The notes under the pieces are model-generated. The model did not search any database. It was not told the DNA's origin and saw only the letters and a list, made by a program, of their open reading frames with translations. This document shows positions 1-12,245 of a stretch of DNA of 64,000 nucleotides, in pieces. How positions within the stretch are numbered: the first letter of the stretch is position 1; each line of letters begins with the position of its first letter. The DNA is from an uncultured delta proteobacterium (GTDB lineage Bacteria; Desulfobacterota; Desulfobaccia; Desulfobaccales; 0-14-0-80-60-11). The position numbers and the translations under genes were made by a program. The DNA lies in assembly GCA_963773285.1 (NCBI GenBank), contig CAVZAM010000013.1, positions 3,393 through 67,392 on the forward strand. The letters are read 5' to 3'.

Positions 1-81
1 AGCCGCGCCAAAACCGTGGCCGTGCACGATCTTGCCCCGGACCTCGAGGCGCGCCTCAGGGCGCTGCTGCCGGAGCAATAA
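1..81 (+). CDS. 3' end of an unidentified CDS (partial, enters from outside the window)
   Basis: Open frame from base 1 to TAA at 79-81 (...LEARLRALLPEQ*). Too short to assign a family. Confidence 0.25.
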   Translation, partial: SRAKTVAVHDLAPDLEARLRALLPEQ

Positions 82-153
82 ATCGGGCGGAAACTATGAC
101 AGAGCCTACTTGACAAGGCTAGGCGGGATGGTAACTATAAATATAAGTGAGTC

Positions 154-1257
154 ATGTACCGATCTAATACCCGAGAAGGCTTGAGGGAGACGGCATTGGA
201 CTATTACGAACTGTTGGGGGTGCTTCAAAACGCCACCCTGGAAGAAATCAAAAGCGCCTACCGCCAACTGGCCCTCAAGCATCACCCCGATCGCAATCCC
301 GGCAACAAAGCCGCGGAGGAAGAATTCAAAAAAGTCTCCGAGGCCTACCAGGTCCTCTCCGACCCGGAAAAACGCAAAATCTACGACCTCTATGGTCCTG
401 AAGGCCTGAAGGGTTTCGATGTGGGCGGCTTCGGCGGCTTCGAGGACATCTTCAGCAATTTCGGGGACATTTTTGAAGATTTCTTCGGGTTCGGCCGCCG
501 GGGGGACCGCACCAGCCGGGCCCAGGCCGGGGCCGACCTGCGCTACACCATCACCCTGACCCTGGATGAAGTGCTCAAGGGCGTGGACAAGGAAATTACC
601 GTGGAGCGCCGGGTCCTGTGCCAGCGGTGCGAAGGGCAGGGGATGGAGCCGGGCACCTCGGCCAAGGCCTGCGCCACCTGCGGCGGCCGGGGCCAGGTGA
701 CCCAAAATCGGGGCTTGCTGCGGGTGTTTACCACCTGCCCGACCTGCCGGGGCGCCGGCAGCTTAATCCCCCACCCCTGTGAAACCTGCGGGGGCGCCGC
801 CTCGAACAAAGAGGAGCGCCAGATGCAGGTGCGCATCCCCCCCGGCGTGGACACCGGCACCCGGCTGCGCCTCCGGGGAGAAGGGGAGGCTGGGCGCCGG
901 GGCGGACCCCCGGGCGACCTCTACATCGAGGTGCAGGTGGCGCCCCATCCCTTCCTCCGCCGCCGGGGCCGCGACCTGCTCTACCGCACTGAGCTTTCCT
1001 TTGTGGAAGCGGCCCTGGGCTGGAAAGTAGCGATCCCCACGTTAAACGGCGGCGCCTCGCTGGCCATTCCCGCCGGCACCCAGTCCGGCGAGATTTTCAG
1101 CCTCTCCGGGATAGGCCTCCCGGATCTCAAAAGCCGCAAACGGGGTGACCTTCTCGTGGAAGTCGCCCTCAAGACCCCCACCAACCTCACTTCCCATCAG
1201 GAAGAACTCCTCAAGGAATTCCTCGGCAGCGACCTCCGGGAACAAAGCTTGGAATAA
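154..1257 (+). CDS. dnaJ: Molecular chaperone DnaJ
   Basis: J-domain with HPD motif ([10 protein letters not shown]), G/F-rich linker and four CxxCxGxG-type zinc motifs ([32 protein letters not shown]), followed by C-terminal client-binding domains. TTG at 196 preceded by AGGGAG is an alternative start (MDYYELLGV). Confidence 0.95.
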   Translation: MYRSNTREGLRETALDYYELLGVLQNATLEEIKSAYRQLALKHHPDRNPGNKAAEEEFKKVSEAYQVLSDPEKRKIYDLYGPEGLKGFDVGGFGGFEDIFSNFGDIFEDFFGFGRRGDRTSRAQAGADLRYTITLTLDEVLKGVDKEITVERRVLCQRCEGQGMEPGTSAKACATCGGRGQVTQNRGLLRVFTTCPTCRGAGSLIPHPCETCGGAASNKEERQMQVRIPPGVDTGTRLRLRGEGEAGRRGGPPGDLYIEVQVAPHPFLRRRGRDLLYRTELSFVEAALGWKVAIPTLNGGASLAIPAGTQSGEIFSLSGIGLPDLKSRKRGDLLVEVALKTPTNLTSHQEELLKEFLGSDLREQSLE

Positions 1258-1261
1258 GCGG

Positions 1262-1711
1262 TTACTTAGCCCCGGCCGGCGTCTCCCCGGCCTCGAAACG
1301 CAGGCGCACCCGCTCCTCCTGGTCTTTTAGTTCCAGGACGTTGCCGGCGATCTGGCGCGCCGTAGTGGCGTTCAAGGCCGCTAAAAAAGCCCGCTCCTGG
1401 GCGTCCAGGGGGGGCGGGCACATCATCTTGGTGGCGGCCATCTGGGAGAAGCACAGGGCCGGCGCGGTGTCGGTGAAGGTGCCGGTAATCCGGTTGCAGC
1501 CGGTGGAGCCGCTGACCCGGGAGCCTTCCCGGTTGAACACCAGGTGCGCCTGCCGTTTTTCCGGCTGGGGGGCCACGGGGTTGCCGTCAATGGCCACGAC
1601 CCGCCAGTACGTGCCGGTGAGGGGCGCGTCCGGCGCGGGGTGAGCCGCCCCTGCCATCATGAGGAGCAGGGTTGCCATGGCCGCCAGGAGGATAACAAAG
1701 CATCGTTGCAT
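1262..1711 (-). CDS. META/HslJ-like domain secreted protein
   Basis: N-terminal signal peptide (ILLAAMATLLLMMAGAA). META-type motifs LTGTYWRVVAIDG and GSTGCNRITGTF. Confidence 0.7.
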   Translation of the reverse strand: MQRCFVILLAAMATLLLMMAGAAHPAPDAPLTGTYWRVVAIDGNPVAPQPEKRQAHLVFNREGSRVSGSTGCNRITGTFTDTAPALCFSQMAATKMMCPPPLDAQERAFLAALNATTARQIAGNVLELKDQEERVRLRFEAGETPAGAK

Positions 1712-1811
1712 AGGATTGGTCCCTCCATGACCTGAGCGAGGGTTTTTTATGAGCTGCCGCGCCTGCCGGAAGACCTTCAGGCGCCCCCGGCCAGGCGTAC
1801 TTCCATAATGC

Positions 1812-2606
1812 TTACGGGCGCAGGAGGTATTGCACCTTCACCTCGATGCCGGCCGTCCGGTTGGCGATGCGCTGAATCATGTTCACCGTCTGCTGTTCCT
1901 CTGACAGGATGCCCTGGATGTTCACGAAGACCTCGCCATGCTTGGCCTCCACCTTGGCGGAGGGGAATTCCTCCACCAGGGCCGCCTCCACCTGGGCCGC
2001 CAGGGTCATGTCATCCAGCAGTTGCTGGGACTCCGGGGTGGCCTGGAAATGGGGCAGCTGGGCCGCATGGCTGACCAGTTCCACGGCGTCGCTCACCCGG
2101 AGGGACTTGATGTGCAGGACCATGTCGTAGAGCATGGGGTCCCAGGTGTCGATGCCGAAAACAAAAATGCCCCAGCGGCGGCGCTCGTCGTCGTCCTTCT
2201 TGATGATATAGCGGGCTTCATCCTCGGTGATTTTTTCCCGACGCATCTCTTCCTGCACCCGGTCTTCCAGGTCGGCCAGGATCCGCACCTTGAGGACGTG
2301 GGGAATCCCCCTGAGCAGGTAATGCCCCGCCAGACCGTGATAGACCACGTTGTCCTTCTGCACGTGCTTGAGCAGGGTGGCCCGGATGTAGGCCACATAC
2401 CGTTCTTTCCCGTAGGTGAAGCGTTCGAGGACGGAGGGGGCGTCGTGAATGGCCCGGACCAGCTTGATCTCCGGGATATTGAACTTCTCCGAGGCCTCGA
2501 GGAGAATGTCCCGGGACAAGATATCGTAACCCAGTTTCTGGGCCAGTTTTTCAGCTACTTCCTTGCCGCGGCTGTAGGATCCTCTTGAGATGGTGATAAT
2601 CGGCAT
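1812..2606 (-). CDS. Cytidylate kinase-like family protein
   Basis: N-terminus MPIITISRGSYSRGKEVAEKLAQKLGY is typical of the cytidylate-kinase-like (PF13189-type) family. Clean 264-aa ORF. Confidence 0.7.
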   Translation of the reverse strand: MPIITISRGSYSRGKEVAEKLAQKLGYDILSRDILLEASEKFNIPEIKLVRAIHDAPSVLERFTYGKERYVAYIRATLLKHVQKDNVVYHGLAGHYLLRGIPHVLKVRILADLEDRVQEEMRREKITEDEARYIIKKDDDERRRWGIFVFGIDTWDPMLYDMVLHIKSLRVSDAVELVSHAAQLPHFQATPESQQLLDDMTLAAQVEAALVEEFPSAKVEAKHGEVFVNIQGILSEEQQTVNMIQRIANRTAGIEVKVQYLLRP

Positions 2607-2867
2607 GCCTGCTCCTTGTCGCAGAGTATGTTAATGGCCAAGTGATGGGATGAGAACCTGAACGAGTCCGGCCTGGCCGGGACCCCGGACCCTGGAACCG
2701 TTGTTGCCGGCCCCGGTTCCGGTGTTTCTTCAGGGAGTGTAACCCAAGTTTTCCCTGGTGGGAATGCAGTTATTAGGGGGGATGACGGCGGCGGGATTTT
2801 TTTCGGCGCGACTCCCAAGGGGCTTGGTTTGTTGCAGATTTTCCTCTTACCGGTTAATTTTTATAAA

Positions 2868-3338
2868 ATGAGCGGAAGATTGTCCCGCCCGAAAGACCTT
2901 TTCCCCGACTGGCTCACCGCCTGGATGGCAGACCGGGGTCTCACCCAGTTTGGCGCCGCTGACCTGCAGGGCTTTACCACGCCGAAGGACCGCGCCGGTG
3001 CGGGCTTTCCCCGGGCCCTGGCCTTCCTTGTCCCCATGTCGCCCCGCATTATGGGGGCAATAAAAAACGGCCCCACCCAGGCCCAGGCGGACGAGTATGA
3101 CCGGGTGAACCGGCGCAGCGACGAGGCGGCCGCTGCCGCCGCTGCGTGGAGGCCTGCCCGGCCGGGGCCTTAAGCGGCGCCGCCTGGGAGCCGGGCCTGT
3201 CCCGGGAGATCATCCTCGATGCCGGGGTCTGCGACCGCTATAAAAAAGAACATTTCCTGCACCTCCACCAGGGGGCATAACTGCGGCATCTGCGCCGCGG
3301 CGTGCCCCTTCGGTCTAAAAACTCTCCAGGCCGGCTGA
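2868..3338 (+). CDS. 4Fe-4S cluster-binding protein (QueG/reductive-dehalogenase-like C-terminal module), two apparent frameshifts
   Basis: Three frames join into one protein: MSGRLSRPKDLF...QADEYDRVN, then GRCRRCVEACPAGALSGAAWEPGLSREIILDAGVCDRYKKEHFLHLHQG, then HNCGICAAACPFGLKTLQAG*. Two ferredoxin-type Cys motifs are present. Frame changes lie near 3110 and 3275. Confidence 0.5.
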
Positions 3339-3395
3339 AGCGGGCCGGGAGCGGCCGGCCCCCGGCACCCCGCCTCACCTCATGCGTCCCCGTGA

Positions 3396-3854
3396 TTACG
3401 GCTGGCCGTGGTACCCTCCATACCAACCCCGGCCCTGGCCATGATGGTACCGGTTGTAGAAAGCCTCGTCATAGTGGTGGCCGGCCCGGTGCTCGTGCCA
3501 GTAGGGGTAGGCCTGGTGAAACCTCTGCCAGTAATCCGGGTGGGTCTGGTACCAGGTGTGCCATTGCGGCCCGTACCAGTGCGCCGGCCTCACGACATAA
3601 GTGGGTTCATAAGCATAATAAGGGGCCCAGCCATGCTTGGGGCCGAAGAAGTAATAGAGGGTGCCGTTCCTGAACCAGTCACCGTTGTAATAGGTCCAGG
3701 GCGTATTGTTGCCCACCCAGGGCGCCATCCCCATCACCGGGGCCGGCTGGGGCACCGGCGCCAGGAACTGGGCCTGGGACGGTATGGTTGTAAAGCCCAG
3801 GGCGCTGCCGGTCAGAAGCACGGCCAACGCCAGTATGATACTTACCTTTTTCAT
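3396..3854 (-). CDS. Secreted W/Y/H-rich hypothetical protein
   Basis: MKKVSIILALAVLLTGSALG signal peptide after a GGGAGA SD. The mature part is extremely rich in Trp/Tyr/His/Pro (HWYGPQWHTWYQTHPDYWQRFHQAYPYWHEH). No family recognised. Confidence 0.6.
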   Translation of the reverse strand: MKKVSIILALAVLLTGSALGFTTIPSQAQFLAPVPQPAPVMGMAPWVGNNTPWTYYNGDWFRNGTLYYFFGPKHGWAPYYAYEPTYVVRPAHWYGPQWHTWYQTHPDYWQRFHQAYPYWHEHRAGHHYDEAFYNRYHHGQGRGWYGGYHGQP

Positions 3855-4336
3855 GATGTTATCTCCCTTCAGCATCAAAGCGGCCTTGGTCCGGCGCCAG
3901 GGTAACCTCGGCGGTCAAGGCCTGGGATTTTTACCTGCATTGAACCGTTAGATGCCTTCCCGCGAAATTTGTTAAAGGCCCGTGCACAGTCACGCATTTT
4001 CTCCGTAAGTCATTGATAGCCTTCATTGAAAAAATAGTTTTTAACCTTCTTGCCATTATGCCCTCTAACAGTGCAAAAGGTTATTTGCGCAGCCGCTTTA
4101 TTTTGTAGGCCCACGCTTTCTGCATAGCTTGAGTATTTGGTCAGCCCGGCTGCAGCTGACTCGGGACTGTAAGCAGGAAGTCCGGAGCATCAAGGGCAGG
4201 CCCGGGGGCGGGCCTGGAGGGGGGCCCCCCACCCCTCAAACTCTGAGGTTCCGGTCACCGAACCAGCCTTAGGCTGGGATATACCCAGGAAAATCGGGTT
4301 TTGATTTTTCTGACTCTCCCCAGGAGGATCATTCTG

Positions 4337-5819
4337 ATGTGTAAGCGGAGTACCAGCATAATCGTGGCAGGACTGACGCTGGGGGGCCTGTTGTTCATCG
4401 GCTCGCCGGCCGGCGCCCAATCGGTCTATAACCTCGACCAGCGGGAGGACCGCCAGCAGCAACGGATCCAGCAGGGGGTGGACTCCGGGGCCTTAACGCC
4501 CGGGGAAGCCCGGCGCCTGGAAGGGGAACAGGCCCGCATCCAGGCCACCGAAGACAGGATGAGGGCCGACGGCCACCTGTCACCCCGGGAGCGGGAACGG
4601 CTCAGCCAGATGCAGAACCGGGCCGGCCGGGACATTGACCGCCTGAAGCACAACGACCGCACCGCCGAAGGCTGGGGCGGCAACAATTACAATGGCTGGG
4701 GTGGCCATCAGAACTCCGGTTGGGACGGCAATGGCCGTGGCGGCTATGCCTATGACCCCCGGGTGGACCGCCGGGAGGACCGTGAGCAATACCGTATCCA
4801 GCAGGGGATTCACTCCGGGGCCCTGGCCCCTGGAGAGGCCCGGTATCTTGAAAGGGAACAGGGCCGCATCCAGGCCACCGAGGACCACATGAAGGCGGAT
4901 GGCCGCCTGTCCCCCTGGGAGCGCCAACGTCTCAACCAGATGCAGAATCGGGCCAGCGGGGACATCAACCGCCTGGACCACAACGGCCGTACCTATGGCG
5001 GTAATCAGGCCGGCGGGCAGGGAAACAACCAGGGTTGGGGCGGCCGAGGCTACGGGCAGGGGAATAATCCCGGGCAGTACGGCACCACGCCCAGCGGCAC
5101 CCCTGTGAACGGCGCCACTTCAGGTACCACAACCCCGGGCTACCAGGGCTGGAGAGGCAATAACCCCGGGTGGAACGGCTCCTCCTCCACCGGCACTTCA
5201 ACACCACCGGCACTACCCCCGGGACCGGCACCACCCACGGCTGGGGCACTCACTCCGGCGGCTCCGGGTATCCGTCTAACGGCACTGCCACCAGCGGCAC
5301 CACCACGCCAACCCCCACCACCGGGGCCACCTCGACCACCGGGAATACCCAGGGCTGGAGGGGCAATCACGCCGGCTGGAATAACAGCACCTCCCCCGCC
5401 GGGACCGCGGCCGGCAGCACCACCCACCCGGCACCGCCACCGGGACTACCACCGCCACCAATACCCAGGGCTGGCAGGGGCATCACCCCGGGTGGAATGG
5501 CTCCTCGCCCAGCAGTACGACGACCGGCGGCACCACCCCGAGCGGCACCCCAGCAGCAGGGAATACCCAGGGCTGGCGCGGGAACAATGGCCGCAACGGG
5601 CAGGCGGGCGCCTATCAGCAACCGAACTTCCAGAGGGGCAATCCCGGACAGAACGCCAACTGGCAGGGTCAGCCCCGCTTTCAGCAGCCCCGCCCCCAGG
5701 TGGCGCCAAATATGATGAGACCGAACGCCAATATGATGGCTCGCCAACCGGGCGGCTTTGGCAATATCGTCAATCGGGCCGCTTCCACCGCAGCCAGGGT
5801 CGCTCCCCGGAAACGGTAG
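4337..5819 (+). CDS. Secreted repeat protein: 2 x ~70-aa helical repeats plus a G/N/T/W low-complexity tail (frame changes in the tail)
   Basis: AGGAGG SD and ATG at 4337, with signal peptide MCKRSTSIIVAGLTLGGLLFIGSPAGAQS. Two copies of RED-R-x-Q-x-RIQQG-x-SGAL-x-PGEAR-x-LE-x-EQ-x-RIQATED-x-M-x-ADG-x-LSP-x-ER-x-RL-x-QMQNR. The GNTQGWRGN-x-x-GWN-x-SS motif continues in three different frames (switches near 5205 and 5425) and ends at TAG 5817-5819. Confidence 0.55.
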
Positions 5820-5902
5820 CGGACTGGGAAAAATGGCCGGGGAGGGCAGGTAAGCTAAGGTTCCCGCCCTCCTCCGCCGCATCGCTGCCCAGCCGCGGCT
5901 GA

Positions 5903-7489
5903 TCAGGTCAGCCGGCGCAAGCGCTCCACCGGGTCCACGGCTCCCTTGCGCAGCTCATCGGGAGTGGGCAGGTGTTCGAGACGCATCAGCTCCGCGATGG
6001 CGGTCATTTCCCGATCGAACCCCAGCCCCGCTGCGGCCAGCACCCGGTTATCCCTGACATAGAAGGCCAGAAATTTCCGCTCCTGCAGATCCCCGTCAAA
6101 GATAATCTCGTCCCAACTCGAGGCATAACCCACGTACTGCAGGGTCTGGTCGAATTGCTCGGTCCAGAAGAAGGGGATCCCCCGCCAGGGCTGCGGTTTT
6201 CCAGCCATGTTGTGGGCGGCCAGGCGGCCATGCTGTTCCGCCAGGCGCCAGTGCTCGATTCTGACGGCTTCCCCCGTGCGCCAGTCGGGAAAACGGGCGA
6301 TATCGCCGGCGGCATACAAGTCTTCCCCGGCCCGCAAGTGCTGGTCCACGGTGAGGCTGCCGTCGGCATTGAGGGGCACGCCTTGGAGAAACCCGGTAGC
6401 CGGCCTAACCCCCAGGCCCGCCAGCACCAGGTCGGCGGCCAGCGAGGTGCCGCTGTCCAGGACCACCGACTCGACCCGGCCGTTCCCTGCCAAACGGGCG
6501 ACCCTTTCCCCCATCCGGAAGGCCACCCCCTGCTCCTGGTGGAGGTCGATGAGCATCTTGCCGATCTCCGGCCCCAAAGTGCTGGTGAAGGGGATGGCGC
6601 CCGGCCCCACCACGGTGACCTTGAGCCCGCGCTTGGTCAGGCTGGCTGCGGTTTCCATGCCGATAAAGCTCGCCCCCACCACCACGGCCCGCTGGTCACT
6701 TCCGGCCGCGGCGACAATGGCGTCGGCGTCATCGGCGCTCCTCAAGGTGAAAACATTAGCTAATCCGGCTCCCGGGACCTCAAGAGGGCGAGCCTTGCCG
6801 CCCGGGGCCAAAAGCAGGGTGTGATAGGACAGGGCGTCGCCATCGGCGAAGGTAATGGCCTTGGCAGCCGCGTCCACCTTGGCTACCTGTTTCCCCAGGA
6901 GGACCTCGATGTCGTGGCTGCGGTAGAATTCATCGCTTCTGAGAGGCAGGGAGTCGGGCCCCGCGGCGCCGGCCAGGTAACCTTTGCTGAGGTTGGGCCG
7001 GTCGTAGGGCAGGCGCTTCTCCTGGGTGATCATGAGGAGGCGGCCCTCATAGCCGTCCTCTCTTAAGGTCTGGGCCGCCATATTCCCCGCCGCACCCGCT
7101 CCCACAATGACCAAGGTACGCCCGTCCGCCTCGCGGTTGCACCGGCACATGGGCGGCGGCTGGGAAGCTGCGCCGGTTTCGGGGATGCCCACGATAATAT
7201 CATCGCCCTCCACCCGCACCTTGAACACCGGGAGGGCGTCGAGGGCCGGCGGCTCTAAAATCGCCCCGGTGGTGACGTTGAAGTTGGCCTGGTGCCAGGG
7301 GCAGACTACCCGCTCGCCCTTCAGGGAGCCCTCCGCCAGCGGCCCGCCATAATGGGTGCACTCACCCGCAGTGGCATAAAAAACCCCGTTTATCCTGGCC
7401 AGCAGGACCTTGGTCTCGCCAACCACCACCTCTTTCATGCCCCCGTCTTGTAGATCACTCACCTTGGCGACAATAGCCTCGTTATTCAT
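5903..7489 (-). CDS. Rieske [2Fe-2S] domain fused to an FAD/NAD(P)-dependent pyridine nucleotide-disulfide oxidoreductase (ferredoxin-reductase-like)
   Basis: Rieske motifs CTHYGGPL and CPWHQANF at the N-terminus. Then GAGAAG and VVVGASFIGMETA Rossmann motifs and AAGDIA, typical of ferredoxin/rubredoxin reductase-type flavoproteins. Confidence 0.8.
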   Translation of the reverse strand: MNNEAIVAKVSDLQDGGMKEVVVGETKVLLARINGVFYATAGECTHYGGPLAEGSLKGERVVCPWHQANFNVTTGAILEPPALDALPVFKVRVEGDDIIVGIPETGAASQPPPMCRCNREADGRTLVIVGAGAAGNMAAQTLREDGYEGRLLMITQEKRLPYDRPNLSKGYLAGAAGPDSLPLRSDEFYRSHDIEVLLGKQVAKVDAAAKAITFADGDALSYHTLLLAPGGKARPLEVPGAGLANVFTLRSADDADAIVAAAGSDQRAVVVGASFIGMETAASLTKRGLKVTVVGPGAIPFTSTLGPEIGKMLIDLHQEQGVAFRMGERVARLAGNGRVESVVLDSGTSLAADLVLAGLGVRPATGFLQGVPLNADGSLTVDQHLRAGEDLYAAGDIARFPDWRTGEAVRIEHWRLAEQHGRLAAHNMAGKPQPWRGIPFFWTEQFDQTLQYVGYASSWDEIIFDGDLQERKFLAFYVRDNRVLAAAGLGFDREMTAIAELMRLEHLPTPDELRKGAVDPVERLRRLT

Positions 7490-7600
7490 AATGAGCCCTC
7501 CCTCCGATGATGCGAGCAGTTAACGCTAATATAAGCATCTGGGGAAGCCGTGCAATGGCGACAGTCTGCTTGAGGGAGGGGACCAGGGGTCGGCCCGGGG

Positions 7601-7638
7601 AAACGGTATTTGGGGGGAGGGCCAGGGACCTGAGGTCC
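7601..7638. repeat. G-run repeat, type 2 (half copy)
   Basis: AAACGGTATTTGGGGGGAGGGCCAGGGACCTGAGGTCC. Confidence 0.65.
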
Positions 7639-7673
7639 ACTGACTCCGGGCCCCCTTCCGCAAAATTCTTTTC

Positions 7674-9686
<2,013 letters not shown>

Positions 9687-9716
9687 ATCTTATCGGCTTA
9701 TTGAAAATTTTGTTGT

Positions 9717-9757
9717 GGGGGGAGGGCCAGGGAGCAGTGGCTCCCTGCCCTCCCCCC
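9717..9757. repeat. G-run palindromic repeat, type 2 variant
   Basis: GGGGGGAGGGCCAGGGAGC-AGT-GGCTCCCTGCCCTCCCCCC, a ~19-bp arm hairpin in the uvrB upstream region. Confidence 0.7.
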
Positions 9758-9820
9758 ACGCCCCCTCCCAACCCTTTGGGGGTTTTGGTAAATGGCCGGG
9801 GACTAATTCCCCGGCCATTG

Positions 9821-10896
9821 TCAGAATTTTCCCCCCTTAAGGGATTGGGGGAGGGGGTGTGGGGGAGGGGGTAAGGGCCCTCTGGCCCTTAGCCTCCTCT
9901 CCTTGAGCGCCCGGCAGTGCTCTTCAAACATGGCCAGGTGGTGCTGGATGGTCTCGGCGATGGGGAGATTGTAAGGGCAGCGCGCCTCGCACTCCCGGCA
10001 TTGGATGCACTCTTTCACCGTGGGCATGATCTTGGTGGCGAAGGCCGCGGCTTTGGCCGGGCCCATGCGGTGGGCGACGATGCCGTAGAGCATGGCCGGG
10101 GTGATCAGCACCCCCTGGGGGCAGGGCTGGCAGTATTCGCAGCGGCGGCAGAATTTGTCCCCCAGCTCCTCCCGGTAGCGCCCCATCTCGGCCCGGTCTT
10201 CCGGGGTGACGACGTTTTCCCGTTCATAGAGGTCCAGGACCTCGTCGACGCCGGCCACCGTGTCCCAGCCGGGCAGCGGGATGATGTCCGGATACTGGCG
10301 CAGATAGGCGAAGGCCACCCGGGCCCGGTCCACCAGCCCCCCGCAGAAGGGCTTCATGGCCATAATACCCACGCCCGCCTCCCGGGCCGCGGGGTGCAGT
10401 TCCTCGGCCGCAGCCTCCTCCACGAAGTTGAAGGGAAACTGGATGGTCTCGAACAGCCCCGTTTTCACCAGGCGCACCGCCATTTCCAGGCTGTGGGAGG
10501 TGACCCCGAGGTGGCGGATCTTCCCGGCCTTTTTGGCCGCCATCACCCCTTCCAGGGCCCCCTGGGGGCCGGTAATGCGCCTCGAGGTCTTTTTCCTGGG
10601 AGACCTGGTGGAACTGGAAGAGGTCCAGGTAATCGGTGCGCATCCTGGTCGAGGCTCAGGTTGATTTCCGCCTCCACCCCGGCCCGGTCCCTTTTAATGC
10701 TCTTGGTGGCCAGGACCAGCCGCGGGCGCTCCCCGGCCAGGGCCCGCCCGAATTTTTCCTCGCTGTCCATGTAGAGGTTGGCGGTGTCAAACAGGGTGAC
10801 GCCCCTTTCTACGGCCCGGCGCAGCACCGCCACCGCGTCCTCCATGGACAGCCGGATGATGGGAATGCCGCCGAACCCCACCTCGGAGACCTTCAA
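9821..10896 (-). CDS. Aldo/keto reductase with C-terminal 4Fe-4S ferredoxin-type domain (two apparent frameshifts)
   Basis: N-terminal part MKVSEVGFGGIPI...FDTANLYMDSEEKFG (10543-10896). The middle part RTDYLDLFQFHQV is in a second frame. The third frame carries ITGPQGALEGVMAAKKAGKIRHLGVTSH...CRRCEYCQPCPQG...CIQCRECEARCPYNLP. The last ~25 codons are read from a G-rich repeat element. Confidence 0.75.
9837..9900. repeat. G-run palindromic intergenic repeat, type 1
   Basis: TTAAGGGATTGGGGGAGGGGGTGTGGGGGAGGGGGTAAGGGCCCTCTGGCCCTTAGCC... Confidence 0.8.
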
Positions 10897-10914
10897 GCCC
10901 GGTTTTTCCCAGTG

Positions 10915-11405
10915 TCAGCCCAGTGTCATGTAGCGCATGTGTGATTTCTTTTTTAGATCATGTGATGCATTTTGGAGCAGATTTACTACCAAGTAATTAA
11001 AATAGTTAAAACCTTCTTGAGTAAAATGGCCATGATTTAAGTATCTCTTGAACAGATTCTTTTCTCGATAGCATTCATGGAAATACAATCGGTTAAACTA
11101 TATTCCTTATCAGGGCGATTTTCGTATAATTCTGAATCCCTCACAAACTGAATCCCTGGATTGAGGGACCACTTTAACATTCGGGTTATTGACGAATAGC
11201 TCTTACCATCTTGGCAGCTTGTCGCCTTATATTGGCTCCACCAGCTCTAAGAGTCTATTAAGAATTCTGTTAGTATTTCGTCAGTTGTAATTAGCCTTAC
11301 ATTACCTAATTTTGCTTTTGCCCTCTGAGATGGCTCTTTCCAATGATCATGAGGAAGTGTAATTGCAATCCAATAAAGTGTGACAACAAATACTGCTCTC
11401 ATCAT
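10915..11405 (-). pseudogene. Decayed PIN-domain (VapC-like) toxin gene
   Basis: PIN signature pieces are scattered over three frames: MMRAVFVVTLYWIAITLPHDHW...GNVRLITTDEILTEFL, AAKMVRAIRQ, NPNVKVVPQSRDS, ELYENRPDKEYSLTDCISMNAIEKR, HGHFTQEGFNYF. The expected first acidic residue reads V (FVVT). Confidence 0.5.
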
Positions 11406-11660
11406 TTTGGAATTCCATACATGATAGTGGCCTATATTAGTTGTAAGGTCAGATCGGTAATCTAGTCCGAATCTGTCCCCAGGGACTTCAGAAGCTAATT
11501 CTTCAATTATTTCTTCGATCGGGCGTGCAGATTGAACAAATTTAATATCTCGCCTAATTCTTGAATATCCCATTCAATAATTTCAGTTACTCGTTGTAAC
11601 TTACCTTGTGAAGTGAACTCTCCCTTACCTGTGATGTGTAATTTGCACTTTTCGTGCTCT

Positions 11661-12245
11661 TTAAGTGGCATGTTGCAACTTCATTTGTCTAATGATTGTG
11701 AAAAAAGTTACTATTATGCATGTCTTTTCATCGGTCCAAAGTTGAAATCGTTTCAAACGTATGTCGGCCTCCAATACTTCTCCTATTATGTCCACATAAT
11801 CTTCATATTTTAAATCGGCAAAATTTTCTAAGCGCAATCGGGAAGTTGTGGTCAATCGTGTTGGTTCTTTACCTGGCCTGCTAACTTCTATCTCTTCACT
11901 TTCACCTAATTGTTGGCCCCATTTGGCATATTCATAAGAAGTGATTTCGGAAAATTTTCCGGAAGATGGTTCGTTTGCCTCCAATGCTCTAATTGTCTTA
12001 TAGGCTATCTCAACTGCCTCTTCTATTTCAGTTGATAGTTCTAAAAGTGGCTGTTGCTGAATATAAACTTCCAATGGAGCAACGGCACTACCTTCTTCAA
12101 TCCTCCTTAAACATAAGCGTGTGCGGTCTTCAAAATTTTTTGGAAGTCGTTCACGCTGAAGGTTACCTGCAAGCCATAATTCCTTTGCAGTGTCAGCAAT
12201 CACCTTTTGAAAATGGCTAAGCTCGGAAAGTGCTGTAAGGTCCAA
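11661..12245 (-). CDS. Hypothetical protein in the low-GC islet
   Basis: 194-aa ORF (TTG start) at about 35-40 % GC in a >60 % GC background. No family recognised. An overlapping ATG (11671) opens a further 54-codon frame, so it may continue by frameshift. Confidence 0.4.
   Translation of the reverse strand: MDLTALSELSHFQKVIADTAKELWLAGNLQRERLPKNFEDRTRLCLRRIEEGSAVAPLEVYIQQQPLLELSTEIEEAVEIAYKTIRALEANEPSSGKFSEITSYEYAKWGQQLGESEEIEVSRPGKEPTRLTTTSRLRLENFADLKYEDYVDIIGEVLEADIRLKRFQLWTDEKTCIIVTFFTIIRQMKLQHAT

Noticed and set aside
2868-3338. Calling the many split genes true pseudogenes (4Fe-4S protein, AKR, hflX, cysS copy 1, GTs, wzt and others)
   Set aside because: The motifs continue intact across the frame changes, essential genes are affected, and the density is uniform. 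Assembly indels are the simpler explanation. Only the PIN remnant in the low-GC islet is called a pseudogene, and with moderate confidence.
4130-4160. Sigma-54-like TGGTCAGCCCGGCTGCA upstream of the secreted repeat protein
   Set aside because: The GG-to-GC spacing is one nucleotide too long, and the -24 box is TGGTCA, not TGGCAC.
5170-5902. Pro-rich C-terminal half of the 533-aa track ORF (…PPALPPGPAPPTAGALTPAAPG…RHRHRDYHRHQYPGLAG…)
   Set aside because: The GNTQGW/GWN repeat that defines the protein continues in the other two frames. The Pro-rich read-through is an out-of-frame translation kept open by high GC.
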